A DNA stretch of 64,000 bases from an uncultured Gemmatimonadales bacterium (GTDB taxonomy: Bacteria; Gemmatimonadota; Gemmatimonadetes; Gemmatimonadales; GWC2-71-9), in assembly GCA_963828735.1 (NCBI GenBank), contig CAWHFW010000002.1, positions 544,001 through 608,000 of the forward strand, read 5' to 3'. Position numbers and translations under genes: made by a program. Shown here in pieces: positions 27,970-36,743 of this stretch. Position 1 is the stretch's first letter. Each line of letters starts with the position of its first letter. A model generated the notes under the pieces. It ran no database searches. It worked only from the letters and a program-made list of their open reading frames with translations, and was not told where the DNA came from.

Positions 27970-29253
27970 ATGAACCTCATCCCTGCGCAGTATCTCACGA
28001 TGGGCGCACCCCGGGTGGCCCTGGTACCGCCGTCGTCATCGCGCGTCGGAACCGCTCGGCCCTGGCTCATCGTCCTGCTACTCGCCGCCGTCGCCGCGTG
28101 GCCCGTCCGTCCTGTCTCGGCACAGATCATCAAGTGGAGCAGCTCGGACAGCGTGGAGGGAAAGCCCCACTTCGAGGCCTACATCGGTGCCTCGGTCCGC
28201 TTGAATGCGTCACTGGACGACTACGGCCTCCAGGGCAGCTACACGTTCAACCCGGTCAACATCGACACCACGTCCGCTCCCGAGCGCGACGACAACCTGT
28301 TCTCCATCGATCTGAGGCAGACGCGGCTCAAGTTCGGTGGCACGGTGCGCTACGAAAAGTTCGGCGCCGTCGAGGGCTACGTGGAGAGCGATTTCGTCGG
28401 CCCCAGCGGCGCCACGACGCTCCGCCTGCGCAAGGCCTGGGTGAATTTCAAGGGTTGGCGGCTCGGGCAGGAAACGACGACGTTCGGCGTCCAGCAAGGA
28501 TCGGCACCCACCACGGCCGATTTCGACGGTCCGCCGACGACCGTGACGGTTCGGAGCGGCATGTTCCGCTACGCGAAGAAGTTCGAGTCGGGATTTCAGA
28601 TCGTGGCCTCCGCCGAGTCGCCCAAGGTGGACGTCGCCTACCAGGAGTTCGTCGCGCCGGACACCCGGACGACGGATCAGCGGCTTCCCGATCTCGCCGC
28701 CAACGTGTCGAAGGCGGGCGACTGGGGCTACTTCTCGCTGTCCGGGGTGGTGCGGGACATCCGTTTCCGTACGTCGGTCGGCGGAGTGAGCGAGGCGCAG
28801 TCGGCGGTGGGATACGGCGCCAACCTGATGGGCGGTTTTCGCCTCTTCAAGTCCGAGGAGAAGGCCGACGTCCTGTACTACCAGATCATCGCCGGCCAGG
28901 GAATCGGCCGATACCTGGTCTCGCTCTCAGGGCAGAACGCGGATGCCGTGCCCGACCCCGCCACGGGCGACCTGAACGCCGTCCCGGCATACGGCGGCTA
29001 CGCGGCGTACGAGCGCCGCTGGACCCCCCAGTTCTTCAGCACGCTCATCGGCGGCGGCACCATCCTCAAGAATGAGGTCGGGACGACGGTGCAAGATCAG
29101 GCGAAGGACTTCCTGGTCATGTTCAACAGCTTTTACCAGCCCGTCCCGACAATGAAGATCGGGTTCGAGGTCGATTGGGGCCGGAAGGAGACTTTCTCGG
29201 GTATCGAGGCGGAGGCGCTCCGCTACTACCTCATCACCCACTACGACTTCTAG
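27970..29253 (+). CDS. DcaP-like trimeric porin
   Basis: RQTRLKF, YVESDF, LRLRKAW..GWRLGQ and PDLAA motifs, C-terminal YDF. Start is uncertain. Confidence 0.75.
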   Translation: MNLIPAQYLTMGAPRVALVPPSSSRVGTARPWLIVLLLAAVAAWPVRPVSAQIIKWSSSDSVEGKPHFEAYIGASVRLNASLDDYGLQGSYTFNPVNIDTTSAPERDDNLFSIDLRQTRLKFGGTVRYEKFGAVEGYVESDFVGPSGATTLRLRKAWVNFKGWRLGQETTTFGVQQGSAPTTADFDGPPTTVTVRSGMFRYAKKFESGFQIVASAESPKVDVAYQEFVAPDTRTTDQRLPDLAANVSKAGDWGYFSLSGVVRDIRFRTSVGGVSEAQSAVGYGANLMGGFRLFKSEEKADVLYYQIIAGQGIGRYLVSLSGQNADAVPDPATGDLNAVPAYGGYAAYERRWTPQFFSTLIGGGTILKNEVGTTVQDQAKDFLVMFNSFYQPVPTMKIGFEVDWGRKETFSGIEAEALRYYLITHYDF

Positions 29254-29264
29254 GGGAGCGCAAC

Positions 29265-30953
29265 ATGTTGATGTGGATAGCCGAGATGCTGCGGAAGTAC
29301 CCTGAGATTGCGATCTACCTGTCTCTCGCCCTCGGGTTCTTCGTCGGAAGTTTCAAGTTCGGCAAGTTTAGCCTGGGCAGCGTGACCGGCGTCCTCCTGA
29401 TGGGCGTGCTGATCGGGCAACTGGAGATCACGATCTCGCCCAACGTGAAATCGGTGTTCTTCCTGATGTTCCTCTTCGCGGTCGGGTACGGCGTCGGCCC
29501 GCAGTTCTTCCGGGGCCTCAAGAGCGACGGTCTTCCCCAGGTCTTTTTCGCGGTGCTGGTCTGCGTGTGCGTCCTCCTCTCCACGTTCGTGGCCGCCAAG
29601 ATCGCGGGCTACAACATCGGCCAGGCTGCGGGGCTTCTCTCCGGCGCGGCCACGATATCGGCCGTGCTCGGCGTCGCCACCGACACGATCAACAATCTCG
29701 GCCTCCCTCCGGACCAGGTGAAGAAGTTGACCGATGCCATGCCGGTGGCATACGCGGTGACCTACCTGTTCGGCACCGCCGGCTCTGCCTGGTTCCTGGC
29801 CTCGATCGGACCGAGGCTCCTGGGAGTGGACCTGGTCAAGGAGTGCAAGGACTACGAGGAGAAGATGGGCGGGGCCGGCGCCGAGGCAGGCGGGCTGTCT
29901 ACCTATCCGATGCTTGCGTTGCGGGCCTATCAGATTCCCACCGGCTCGAAGTTCATCGGTCGGAAGCTCGAGCAGGTGGAGACCGACCTGCGGAAGGGCG
30001 AGCGGCATGTCTGGGCCCAGCGGCTCCGCCGCGGTGGGGCCGTGATGGACGTCGAGCCGAGCCTGGTGGTGGCGGCCGGTGACGTGCTCGCCTTCTCCGG
30101 GCTGCGCGAGGCGCTCCTGGCGAACGTGGCCCACCTGGGCAGCGAGGTGGACGACCGCGAGCTGCTCGACTTCCCGGCGGAGTCGGTGGACGTCGTGGTC
30201 ACCCGGAAGGAGCTCGCGGGGATGACGCTCGGGGAGCTGGCGCAGCGTCATGGCCGGGGTCTGTTCCTGAGCCGGGTGCACCGGGGCGGGCAGGAGATGC
30301 CGCTCAGCGCGGGCCTCAAGATCGATCGCGGCGACGTGCTCCAGATCCTCGGACCGAAAAGCGACATGGCACGCGTGATCGACCTGCTCGGCTACGCCGA
30401 CCGGCCCACCGAGAAGACCGACGTCGTCTTCATGGGCCTGGGCATCGTGTTGGGCGCGCTCGTCGGTGCGCTCAGCTTCAAGGTGGGGGGCGTGCCCCTG
30501 AGCCTCAGCACCAGCGGCGGGGCGCTCATCGCCGGGCTGGTGTGTGGCTACCTGCGCTCGGTGAACCGCGCCTTCGGGCGCATTCCGGAGCCGGCGCTCT
30601 GGGCCTTCAACAACATGGGACTCACGATCTTCATCGCGGTGGTGGGGATCAGCACCGGCCCGGGCTTCGTCAAGGGAATCCAGGAGGCCGGCATCAGTCT
30701 CTTCCTCTGGGGCATCTTCGTGACGCTGATGCCGTTCATCATCAGCATCTACGCGGGCAAGTACATCTTCAAGTTCCACCCGGGCATCCTGCTCGGCGCC
30801 TGTGCCGGCGCCCGTACCACGACCGCGGCGCTGGGCGCGGTCCAGGAAGAGGCGAAGAGCAAGGTCCCCGCGCTCGGCTATACCATCACCTATGCTGTGG
30901 GCAACACGCTCCTGATCGTCTGGGGCGTCGTCATCGTGCTCATGATGAAGTGA
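29265..30953 (+). CDS. aspT: Aspartate:alanine antiporter family (AspT/YidE), copy 1
   Basis: FLFAVGYGVGPQF, AVTYLFG, two TrkA-C domains, GARTTTAAL and LGYTITYAVGN. Confidence 0.9.
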   Translation: MLMWIAEMLRKYPEIAIYLSLALGFFVGSFKFGKFSLGSVTGVLLMGVLIGQLEITISPNVKSVFFLMFLFAVGYGVGPQFFRGLKSDGLPQVFFAVLVCVCVLLSTFVAAKIAGYNIGQAAGLLSGAATISAVLGVATDTINNLGLPPDQVKKLTDAMPVAYAVTYLFGTAGSAWFLASIGPRLLGVDLVKECKDYEEKMGGAGAEAGGLSTYPMLALRAYQIPTGSKFIGRKLEQVETDLRKGERHVWAQRLRRGGAVMDVEPSLVVAAGDVLAFSGLREALLANVAHLGSEVDDRELLDFPAESVDVVVTRKELAGMTLGELAQRHGRGLFLSRVHRGGQEMPLSAGLKIDRGDVLQILGPKSDMARVIDLLGYADRPTEKTDVVFMGLGIVLGALVGALSFKVGGVPLSLSTSGGALIAGLVCGYLRSVNRAFGRIPEPALWAFNNMGLTIFIAVVGISTGPGFVKGIQEAGISLFLWGIFVTLMPFIISIYAGKYIFKFHPGILLGACAGARTTTAALGAVQEEAKSKVPALGYTITYAVGNTLLIVWGVVIVLMMK

Positions 30954-30967
30954 CCCCTGGAGGAGCA

Positions 30968-33811
30968 ATGACTGTCGCAACTGAAACGTCCAGGAAGACT
31001 TCGGCACGCGCCGAAGCTCCTCGACCCGCCCTCGATCTCGCGGATTTCTTCACCGGGGCCGAGGCACGAGAGGACCGCTGGCAGCGGCTCAACGCCGTCG
31101 CCAAGCGTTTGAGCAGGAAGGGCGCCGGGTCGCCGGCCGAGGCGGCGCGCATCCTGGGCGATCTCGAGCCGCTCGAGGCGTTCTGGGCCTATCCGGGGCG
31201 GCGATCGATCGCGGCGCTGCGAGATCTGCTCGCGCGGGAAGACTACGTGGGCTTCGCCCGCCTCACCGACCGCATCGGCAAGGCCATCCTGCGCGGCACC
31301 TACCGGACCAGCGCGGCGGTCTGGGAGCTGGGCGAGGAGGTGGAGGAACCGGAGGTGTCGATCATCGCGCCCTATCTCGAGGAGGAGCAGCAGCGCCCCT
31401 ACTTCGAGCTGCTTGTGGTGCGCGATGGGGTCCGGGAAGACACCGAGCGCCGCGTTCGGGAGGATATGCGCCGCGCTCGCCGCCCGGAGGATCCCTTCAT
31501 CTACGAGCCGGTCTTGGTCTCGACGTTCGAGGACGCCGTGATCGCCGTGTTGTTCAATCCCAACATCCAGGCCGTGGTCATCTACGATGGCTTCCAGTTC
31601 CGGTCCGCCTCCAACGTACCGGCGCTCGGCACGTTTCTCCAGGATCGGCTCGGCGCGGACGGGAAGGAGCTCCCGGAGGAGGACCACGCGACCGCGCTCG
31701 CTGCCGCGGTCGCCCGCATCCGTCCCGAGCTGGACGTGTACATGCTGACGGACCAGGCAGTCGAGTCGCTGGCGGGAGACCTCGTCACCCGGAACATCCG
31801 GCGGATCTTCTACGACGTCGAGGAGTTCCTGGAGCTTCACCTGGCTATCCTCGATGGCGTCAACGACCGGTACGAGACGCCCTACTTCGACAACCTCAAG
31901 AAATACAGCCGGCGCCCCATCGGCACGTTTCACGCCCTCCCGATCGCTCGGGGAAAGTCGGTGTTTCGGTCCAACTGGATCCGGGACATGGGGCATTTCT
32001 ACGGCGTCAACATTTTCCTTGCCGAGTCCTCGGCCACCACGGGCGGCCTCGACAGCCTGCTCGAGCCGACCGGGAACATCAAGAAGGCCCAGGAAAAGGC
32101 TGCGCGGTGCTGGGGGGCAAAGAAGGCGTTCTTCGGCACCAACGGCACCTCGACCTCGAACAAGATCGTGGTGCAGGGCCTGCTCCGGCCCGGCGACATC
32201 GTCCTGATCGACCGCAACTGCCACAAGTCGCACCACTACGGGCTCGTGCTCGCGGGCGGCCAGCCGTACTACCTCGAGGCCTTCCCGTTGCACGAGTTCT
32301 CCATGTACGGGGGCGTGCCGCTTCGCACGATCAAGAAGGCCCTCCTCGATCTCAAGGCCGAAGGCAAGCTCGACCGGGTGCGGATGCTGGACCTGACGAA
32401 CTGCACGTTCGACGGGCACGTCTACAACGTGAAGCGCGTGATGGAGGAGTGTCTGGCCATCAAGCCGGACCTCATCTTCCTGTGGGACGAGGCCTGGTTC
32501 AGCTTCGCGCGGTTCTCCCCGTACCATCGGCGCCGGACCGGGATGGCGGCCGCCGCGGAGCTACGCGCGCGGTACGCCTCGCCGGCCTATCGGGCCGAAT
32601 ACGAGGCGTTCAGAAAGCAGGTCGGTGAGCTCGACGGGAGTGACGCCAAGCTGCTCGACCGCCGCCTGCTCCCCGATCCCGACAAGGTGCGCATCCGGGT
32701 CTACGCCACGCATTCGGTCCACAAGTCGCTCTCCTCGTTCCGACAGGGGTCCCTCATCCTGGTTAACGACGACGACTTCGACTCGGTGGAGGAGGCGTTC
32801 ACGGAGGCGTTCCTGACCCACACGTCCACCTCGCCCAACCTGCAGATCATCGCCTCGCTCGACCTGGCCCGCCGGCAGGCGGAGCTGGAGGGGCACGACC
32901 TCGTCACCCGGCACACCGGGCTGGCGCTCCGCCTCCGGCGCGAGGTGAACAACCACCCGCTGATCAGCAAGTATTTCCGGATCCTGACGCCCGCGGAGAT
33001 GATCCCCCCCGCCGAGCTCAGGGAGAGCGGCCTGGCGAACTACGGTCCTCCGCACTCCACCTGGAGAGAGGTCATCACCGCGTGGGACGAAGACGAGTTC
33101 ACGCTCGACCCCACCCGCCTTACGCTGATGTGCGGGACCGCCGGGTTCGACGGGACCTCGTTCAAGGGCCGGCTCGCCGAGCACTACGACATTCAGATCA
33201 ACAAGACCTCGCGCAACACGGTCCTCCTGATGACCAACATCAACAACTCCAGGAGCGACATCTCGTACGTCATCAAGGTCCTGGCGGACATGGCGCGCGA
33301 TCTCGACGCGAAGGTCGGCGCGGGTCCTGATGCCGAGACCTTCAAGGAACAGGTGAAGTCGCTGGTACAGGACGTGCCAGACCTGCCCAACTTCAGCGCC
33401 TTCCACGACGCGTTTCGCGCCGATCCCGACAGCGGGACGCTGGAGGGCGATATGCGCGAGGCGTTCTACCTCGCCTACGACGCCGGGAACTGCGAGTACC
33501 TCAAGCTCCACAGCAAGGACATCGACGACCGGCTCAAGAACGGCCCGCCGATGGTCTCGGCCAACTTCGTGATCCCGTATCCGCCGGGCTTCCCGATCCT
33601 GGTCCCCGGCCAGGTGGTCGCCGCCGACACGATCACCTACATGCGGAAGCTGGACGTCAAGGAAATTCACGGCTACAAGGCGGCGACGGGCATCAAGATG
33701 CTGAAGCCCGACCTGCTGGGCGGGCGCGCGAAGAAGGTCGGCGATGGCGCGAAGGCCGGCGCACGGGAGCCGGCGGCTGCACGCGCGGGGTCGAGCCGTA
33801 CACGTAAGTGA
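30968..33811 (+). CDS. Orn/Lys/Arg decarboxylase family, PLP fold I, long form (about 947 aa)
   Basis: TNGTSTSNKIV, DRNCHKSHH, WDEAW, THSVHKSL (PLP lysine) and PYPPGFP. GGAGGA RBS. Confidence 0.9.
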   Translation: MTVATETSRKTSARAEAPRPALDLADFFTGAEAREDRWQRLNAVAKRLSRKGAGSPAEAARILGDLEPLEAFWAYPGRRSIAALRDLLAREDYVGFARLTDRIGKAILRGTYRTSAAVWELGEEVEEPEVSIIAPYLEEEQQRPYFELLVVRDGVREDTERRVREDMRRARRPEDPFIYEPVLVSTFEDAVIAVLFNPNIQAVVIYDGFQFRSASNVPALGTFLQDRLGADGKELPEEDHATALAAAVARIRPELDVYMLTDQAVESLAGDLVTRNIRRIFYDVEEFLELHLAILDGVNDRYETPYFDNLKKYSRRPIGTFHALPIARGKSVFRSNWIRDMGHFYGVNIFLAESSATTGGLDSLLEPTGNIKKAQEKAARCWGAKKAFFGTNGTSTSNKIVVQGLLRPGDIVLIDRNCHKSHHYGLVLAGGQPYYLEAFPLHEFSMYGGVPLRTIKKALLDLKAEGKLDRVRMLDLTNCTFDGHVYNVKRVMEECLAIKPDLIFLWDEAWFSFARFSPYHRRRTGMAAAAELRARYASPAYRAEYEAFRKQVGELDGSDAKLLDRRLLPDPDKVRIRVYATHSVHKSLSSFRQGSLILVNDDDFDSVEEAFTEAFLTHTSTSPNLQIIASLDLARRQAELEGHDLVTRHTGLALRLRREVNNHPLISKYFRILTPAEMIPPAELRESGLANYGPPHSTWREVITAWDEDEFTLDPTRLTLMCGTAGFDGTSFKGRLAEHYDIQINKTSRNTVLLMTNINNSRSDISYVIKVLADMARDLDAKVGAGPDAETFKEQVKSLVQDVPDLPNFSAFHDAFRADPDSGTLEGDMREAFYLAYDAGNCEYLKLHSKDIDDRLKNGPPMVSANFVIPYPPGFPILVPGQVVAADTITYMRKLDVKEIHGYKAATGIKMLKPDLLGGRAKKVGDGAKAGAREPAAARAGSSRTRK

Positions 33812-33854
33812 CGCGTAAGTACCGCGCCGGAGCAGCGCCAGTGGAGATCGGCCG

Positions 33855-34997
33855 ATGAGCGAGTTCCAGATGCATGACGTCGACGAGCTGCCACTGACGG
33901 CCAACCAGGCCATCGGCGTGTTCGACTCCGGCAGTGGGGGAATGGTCACCGCGGCTTTCGTCGCCAGGATGCTGCCCGACACGGGAGCCGCGGCAAGCGT
34001 CGTGTTCTTCGGGGACACCGAGCATCTGCCGTACGGCAAGCGCACGCAACAGAACGTCGCCGAGCTGTCCGACGACATCATCGAGCGGCTGGCGCCGACC
34101 TGCCCCGTGATCGGCATTGCGTGCAACACGGCCAGCGCCGCCTGGTCGAACCTGGGCAAGGCCGGGAAGGGCGGGACCGGCCCGCAGGTGTTCAGCGTGG
34201 TCAAGGTCGCGGCGGAGCTGGGATACGAGCGGGCACGGACAGTGGTGGATCCGAGGCTCAAAGGGCGGGTCAAGGTGATCGGCGTGCTCGGGACCGAGCT
34301 CACCGCCTCGATCCAGTCGCACGCCGAGCAGATCGTCGAGCTCCATCGCGCCGCTCTCAGCCGGGCCATCGGCCACGAGCTGCCGCTGATTCCGTACGAG
34401 TTCGGCAGCCGGGGCCTGCTCCCTACCCTTCCGGCCTCGGTGATCGACTACCGGCGCACGCCGCACGTCGGCGTGCTGCGGGAGGACGAGGAGGCCCCGG
34501 GCGGCACGACCCGCGCCATGATCGTCAACTGGACCCCGCCCGAGGATCTGCCACATGCCGTCCGCATCATCGCGCGGGACGCGCAGAAACTGGTGGCGGC
34601 CGTGGACGTGGCTCACATCCTCGACCAGGACGGCCTGGTCAAGCCGGAATGGCGCAACCGGCTGGAGGAGTACCTTCACCAGGCCTCATCCGAGCTGGTG
34701 AAGCGCAAGGTCACCGCGCTGATCCTCGGCTGCACCCACTTCGAGTACTTCGAGCGCGACTTCGCGCGGCTGCTGCCGGTGCTGGCCGCGCGCAACGGCA
34801 TCGTGAGCCCCTCCGGTGCACTCGCCTGCCGGTTGCTGGACGCCTATCAGGATCACCTGGCCTCCCATCCCGTCCAGCCGGTCCGGCGGCGGGACGCCTC
34901 GTACTTCATGTTCTCCGGCGACCGGCCGCCCGACGAGGTATTCAAGTCGCTCGGACTCGACGAGGTCACGTTGGTGAAGGCACCCGCGGTCGTCTAA
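33855..34997 (+). CDS. Glutamate/aspartate racemase (MurI-like) with large insertions
   Basis: IGVFDSGSGG, GDTEHLPYG, IACNTAS and LILGCTHF, so both catalytic Cys motifs are present. Confidence 0.8.
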   Translation: MSEFQMHDVDELPLTANQAIGVFDSGSGGMVTAAFVARMLPDTGAAASVVFFGDTEHLPYGKRTQQNVAELSDDIIERLAPTCPVIGIACNTASAAWSNLGKAGKGGTGPQVFSVVKVAAELGYERARTVVDPRLKGRVKVIGVLGTELTASIQSHAEQIVELHRAALSRAIGHELPLIPYEFGSRGLLPTLPASVIDYRRTPHVGVLREDEEAPGGTTRAMIVNWTPPEDLPHAVRIIARDAQKLVAAVDVAHILDQDGLVKPEWRNRLEEYLHQASSELVKRKVTALILGCTHFEYFERDFARLLPVLAARNGIVSPSGALACRLLDAYQDHLASHPVQPVRRRDASYFMFSGDRPPDEVFKSLGLDEVTLVKAPAVV

Positions 34998-35012
34998 GGA
35001 GCGATCTTCGCC

Positions 35013-36698
35013 GTGATCGTTGAAGCCCTCCGGTCTCATCCCGAGATCGCCCTGTTCCTCTGCCTCGCCATCGGCTACGTGATCGGCAAGGTAAAGGTCG
35101 CCGGCCACGCGCTGGGGTTGGTGACCGGGTCGCTGTTTGCGGGACTCTTCATCGGACAGCTCAAGATCGACATTTCGCCGGCCGTGAAGACGGTGGCTTT
35201 CCTGCTCTTCCTGTTCGGCAACGGCTACTCGGCCGGACCCCAGTTCATGCGCGCCCTGAAGCAGGACGGCGTGCGCCCGCTGATCCTCACTCTCGTCGTG
35301 ACCGTCACCGGGCTGGCGGCAGTGTACGTCATGTCGCGGCTGCTGCACCTGGAGACCGGCTTCACGGCCGGGCTGCTTTCCGGCGCCCTCACCCAGTCGG
35401 CGGCGATGGGCACGGCCACCGAGGCCATCAACGCCCTCGCGATCCCGGCCGCGGAGAAGGTCCGGCTCGCCAACCAGGTGCCGGTGGCCGACGCGGTCTG
35501 CTACCTGTTCGGCTTCTGGGGCGAGGTGCTCTTCGTGGTGGTTGCAGGGCCCAAGCTGCTCGGCATCAACCTGGAGAAGGAGGCGAAGGCGCTGGAGGCG
35601 AAGCTCGGTGTCCGCGACGAGGCCGCCGGTGCCTCCGCTCACAGGGGCCACCTGGCGCGAGCCTACCGGGTGGAATCCGGCGAGGCGGTCGGGCGCACGA
35701 TTGCGCAGCTGGAAGCCTGGGCCGGGGAACAGACCGCGCGACGGATCTTCGCGCTGCGGCTGCGGCGGGGTGACACGATCCAATCGGCCGCGCTGGATAC
35801 CGTGCTGAACCGTAACGACGTCGTCGTGCTCGTTGGTCCCGCCGAGCCGCTCGTGGCGTTCGGTCCCCGGATCGGAATCGAGGTCGACGACGCGGCTCTC
35901 CTGGATTTCCCGGTCGAGGCGCTCGACGTCGTGCTGTCGAGTCGGGAGCTGGACGGAATGACCGTGCAGGAGGCGGCGGAACGCTGGACCGAATCCAGGG
36001 CCGTCTTCCTCCGGCGGCTCACGCGGGAAGGGCTGGAACTGCCCCTGCTCCCCGGGACCCGACTGAATCGCGGCGACGTGGCGACGCTCATCGGCCCGGA
36101 GGATGCGGTCGAGGCGCTGACAGCACAGATCGGCGACCCCGACCGGAAGACGACGACCACCGACTTCTTCACCGTCGGGCTCGGAATCGCGGTGGGGTGT
36201 CTGATCGGTCTGCCGGCGATCATGATCGGCTCCGTGAACTTGGCCCTGTCGACGTCCGTGGGCACGCTGATCGCGGGGCTGTTCTTCGGCTGGCTCCGCC
36301 CCACCCGGCCGCGGCTCTTCGGCCCGGTTCCCGAGGCCGCGCAGAAGTTCATGATCAACTTCGGGCTCGCCACCTTCGTGGCCGTGACCGGTCTGCACGC
36401 CGGGCCGGTGTTCCTGAGCGCGCTGCGGGAGGTCGGACTGGTCCTGTTCGTCGCCGGCGTGGTGTGCACGCTGATCCCACCGACCGTCGGCCTGTTGTTC
36501 GGCCGCTATGTGCTGCGCATGAACCCGGTCCTCCTGCTGGGCGCCGTGGCCGGCGCGCAGACGATGACCGCGGCGATGGTCGCGGTCCAGGAGGCCGCGA
36601 AGAGCCGGGTCCCGCTGCTGGGCTTCACCGTTCCCTATGCAGTCGCGAACATCATCCTGACACTTTGGGGATCGGTGATCGTGCTGCTGGTGAGCTGA
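35013..36698 (+). CDS. aspT: Aspartate:alanine antiporter family (AspT/YidE), copy 2
   Basis: LFGNGYSAGPQF, GALTQSA, TrkA-C domains and LGFTVPYAVAN. Confidence 0.88.
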   Translation: MIVEALRSHPEIALFLCLAIGYVIGKVKVAGHALGLVTGSLFAGLFIGQLKIDISPAVKTVAFLLFLFGNGYSAGPQFMRALKQDGVRPLILTLVVTVTGLAAVYVMSRLLHLETGFTAGLLSGALTQSAAMGTATEAINALAIPAAEKVRLANQVPVADAVCYLFGFWGEVLFVVVAGPKLLGINLEKEAKALEAKLGVRDEAAGASAHRGHLARAYRVESGEAVGRTIAQLEAWAGEQTARRIFALRLRRGDTIQSAALDTVLNRNDVVVLVGPAEPLVAFGPRIGIEVDDAALLDFPVEALDVVLSSRELDGMTVQEAAERWTESRAVFLRRLTREGLELPLLPGTRLNRGDVATLIGPEDAVEALTAQIGDPDRKTTTTDFFTVGLGIAVGCLIGLPAIMIGSVNLALSTSVGTLIAGLFFGWLRPTRPRLFGPVPEAAQKFMINFGLATFVAVTGLHAGPVFLSALREVGLVLFVAGVVCTLIPPTVGLLFGRYVLRMNPVLLLGAVAGAQTMTAAMVAVQEAAKSRVPLLGFTVPYAVANIILTLWGSVIVLLVS

Positions 36699-36743
36699 GG
36701 CTCACCTGACCGCAGAACTACGCCAAACGAGGAGCTACCATCC

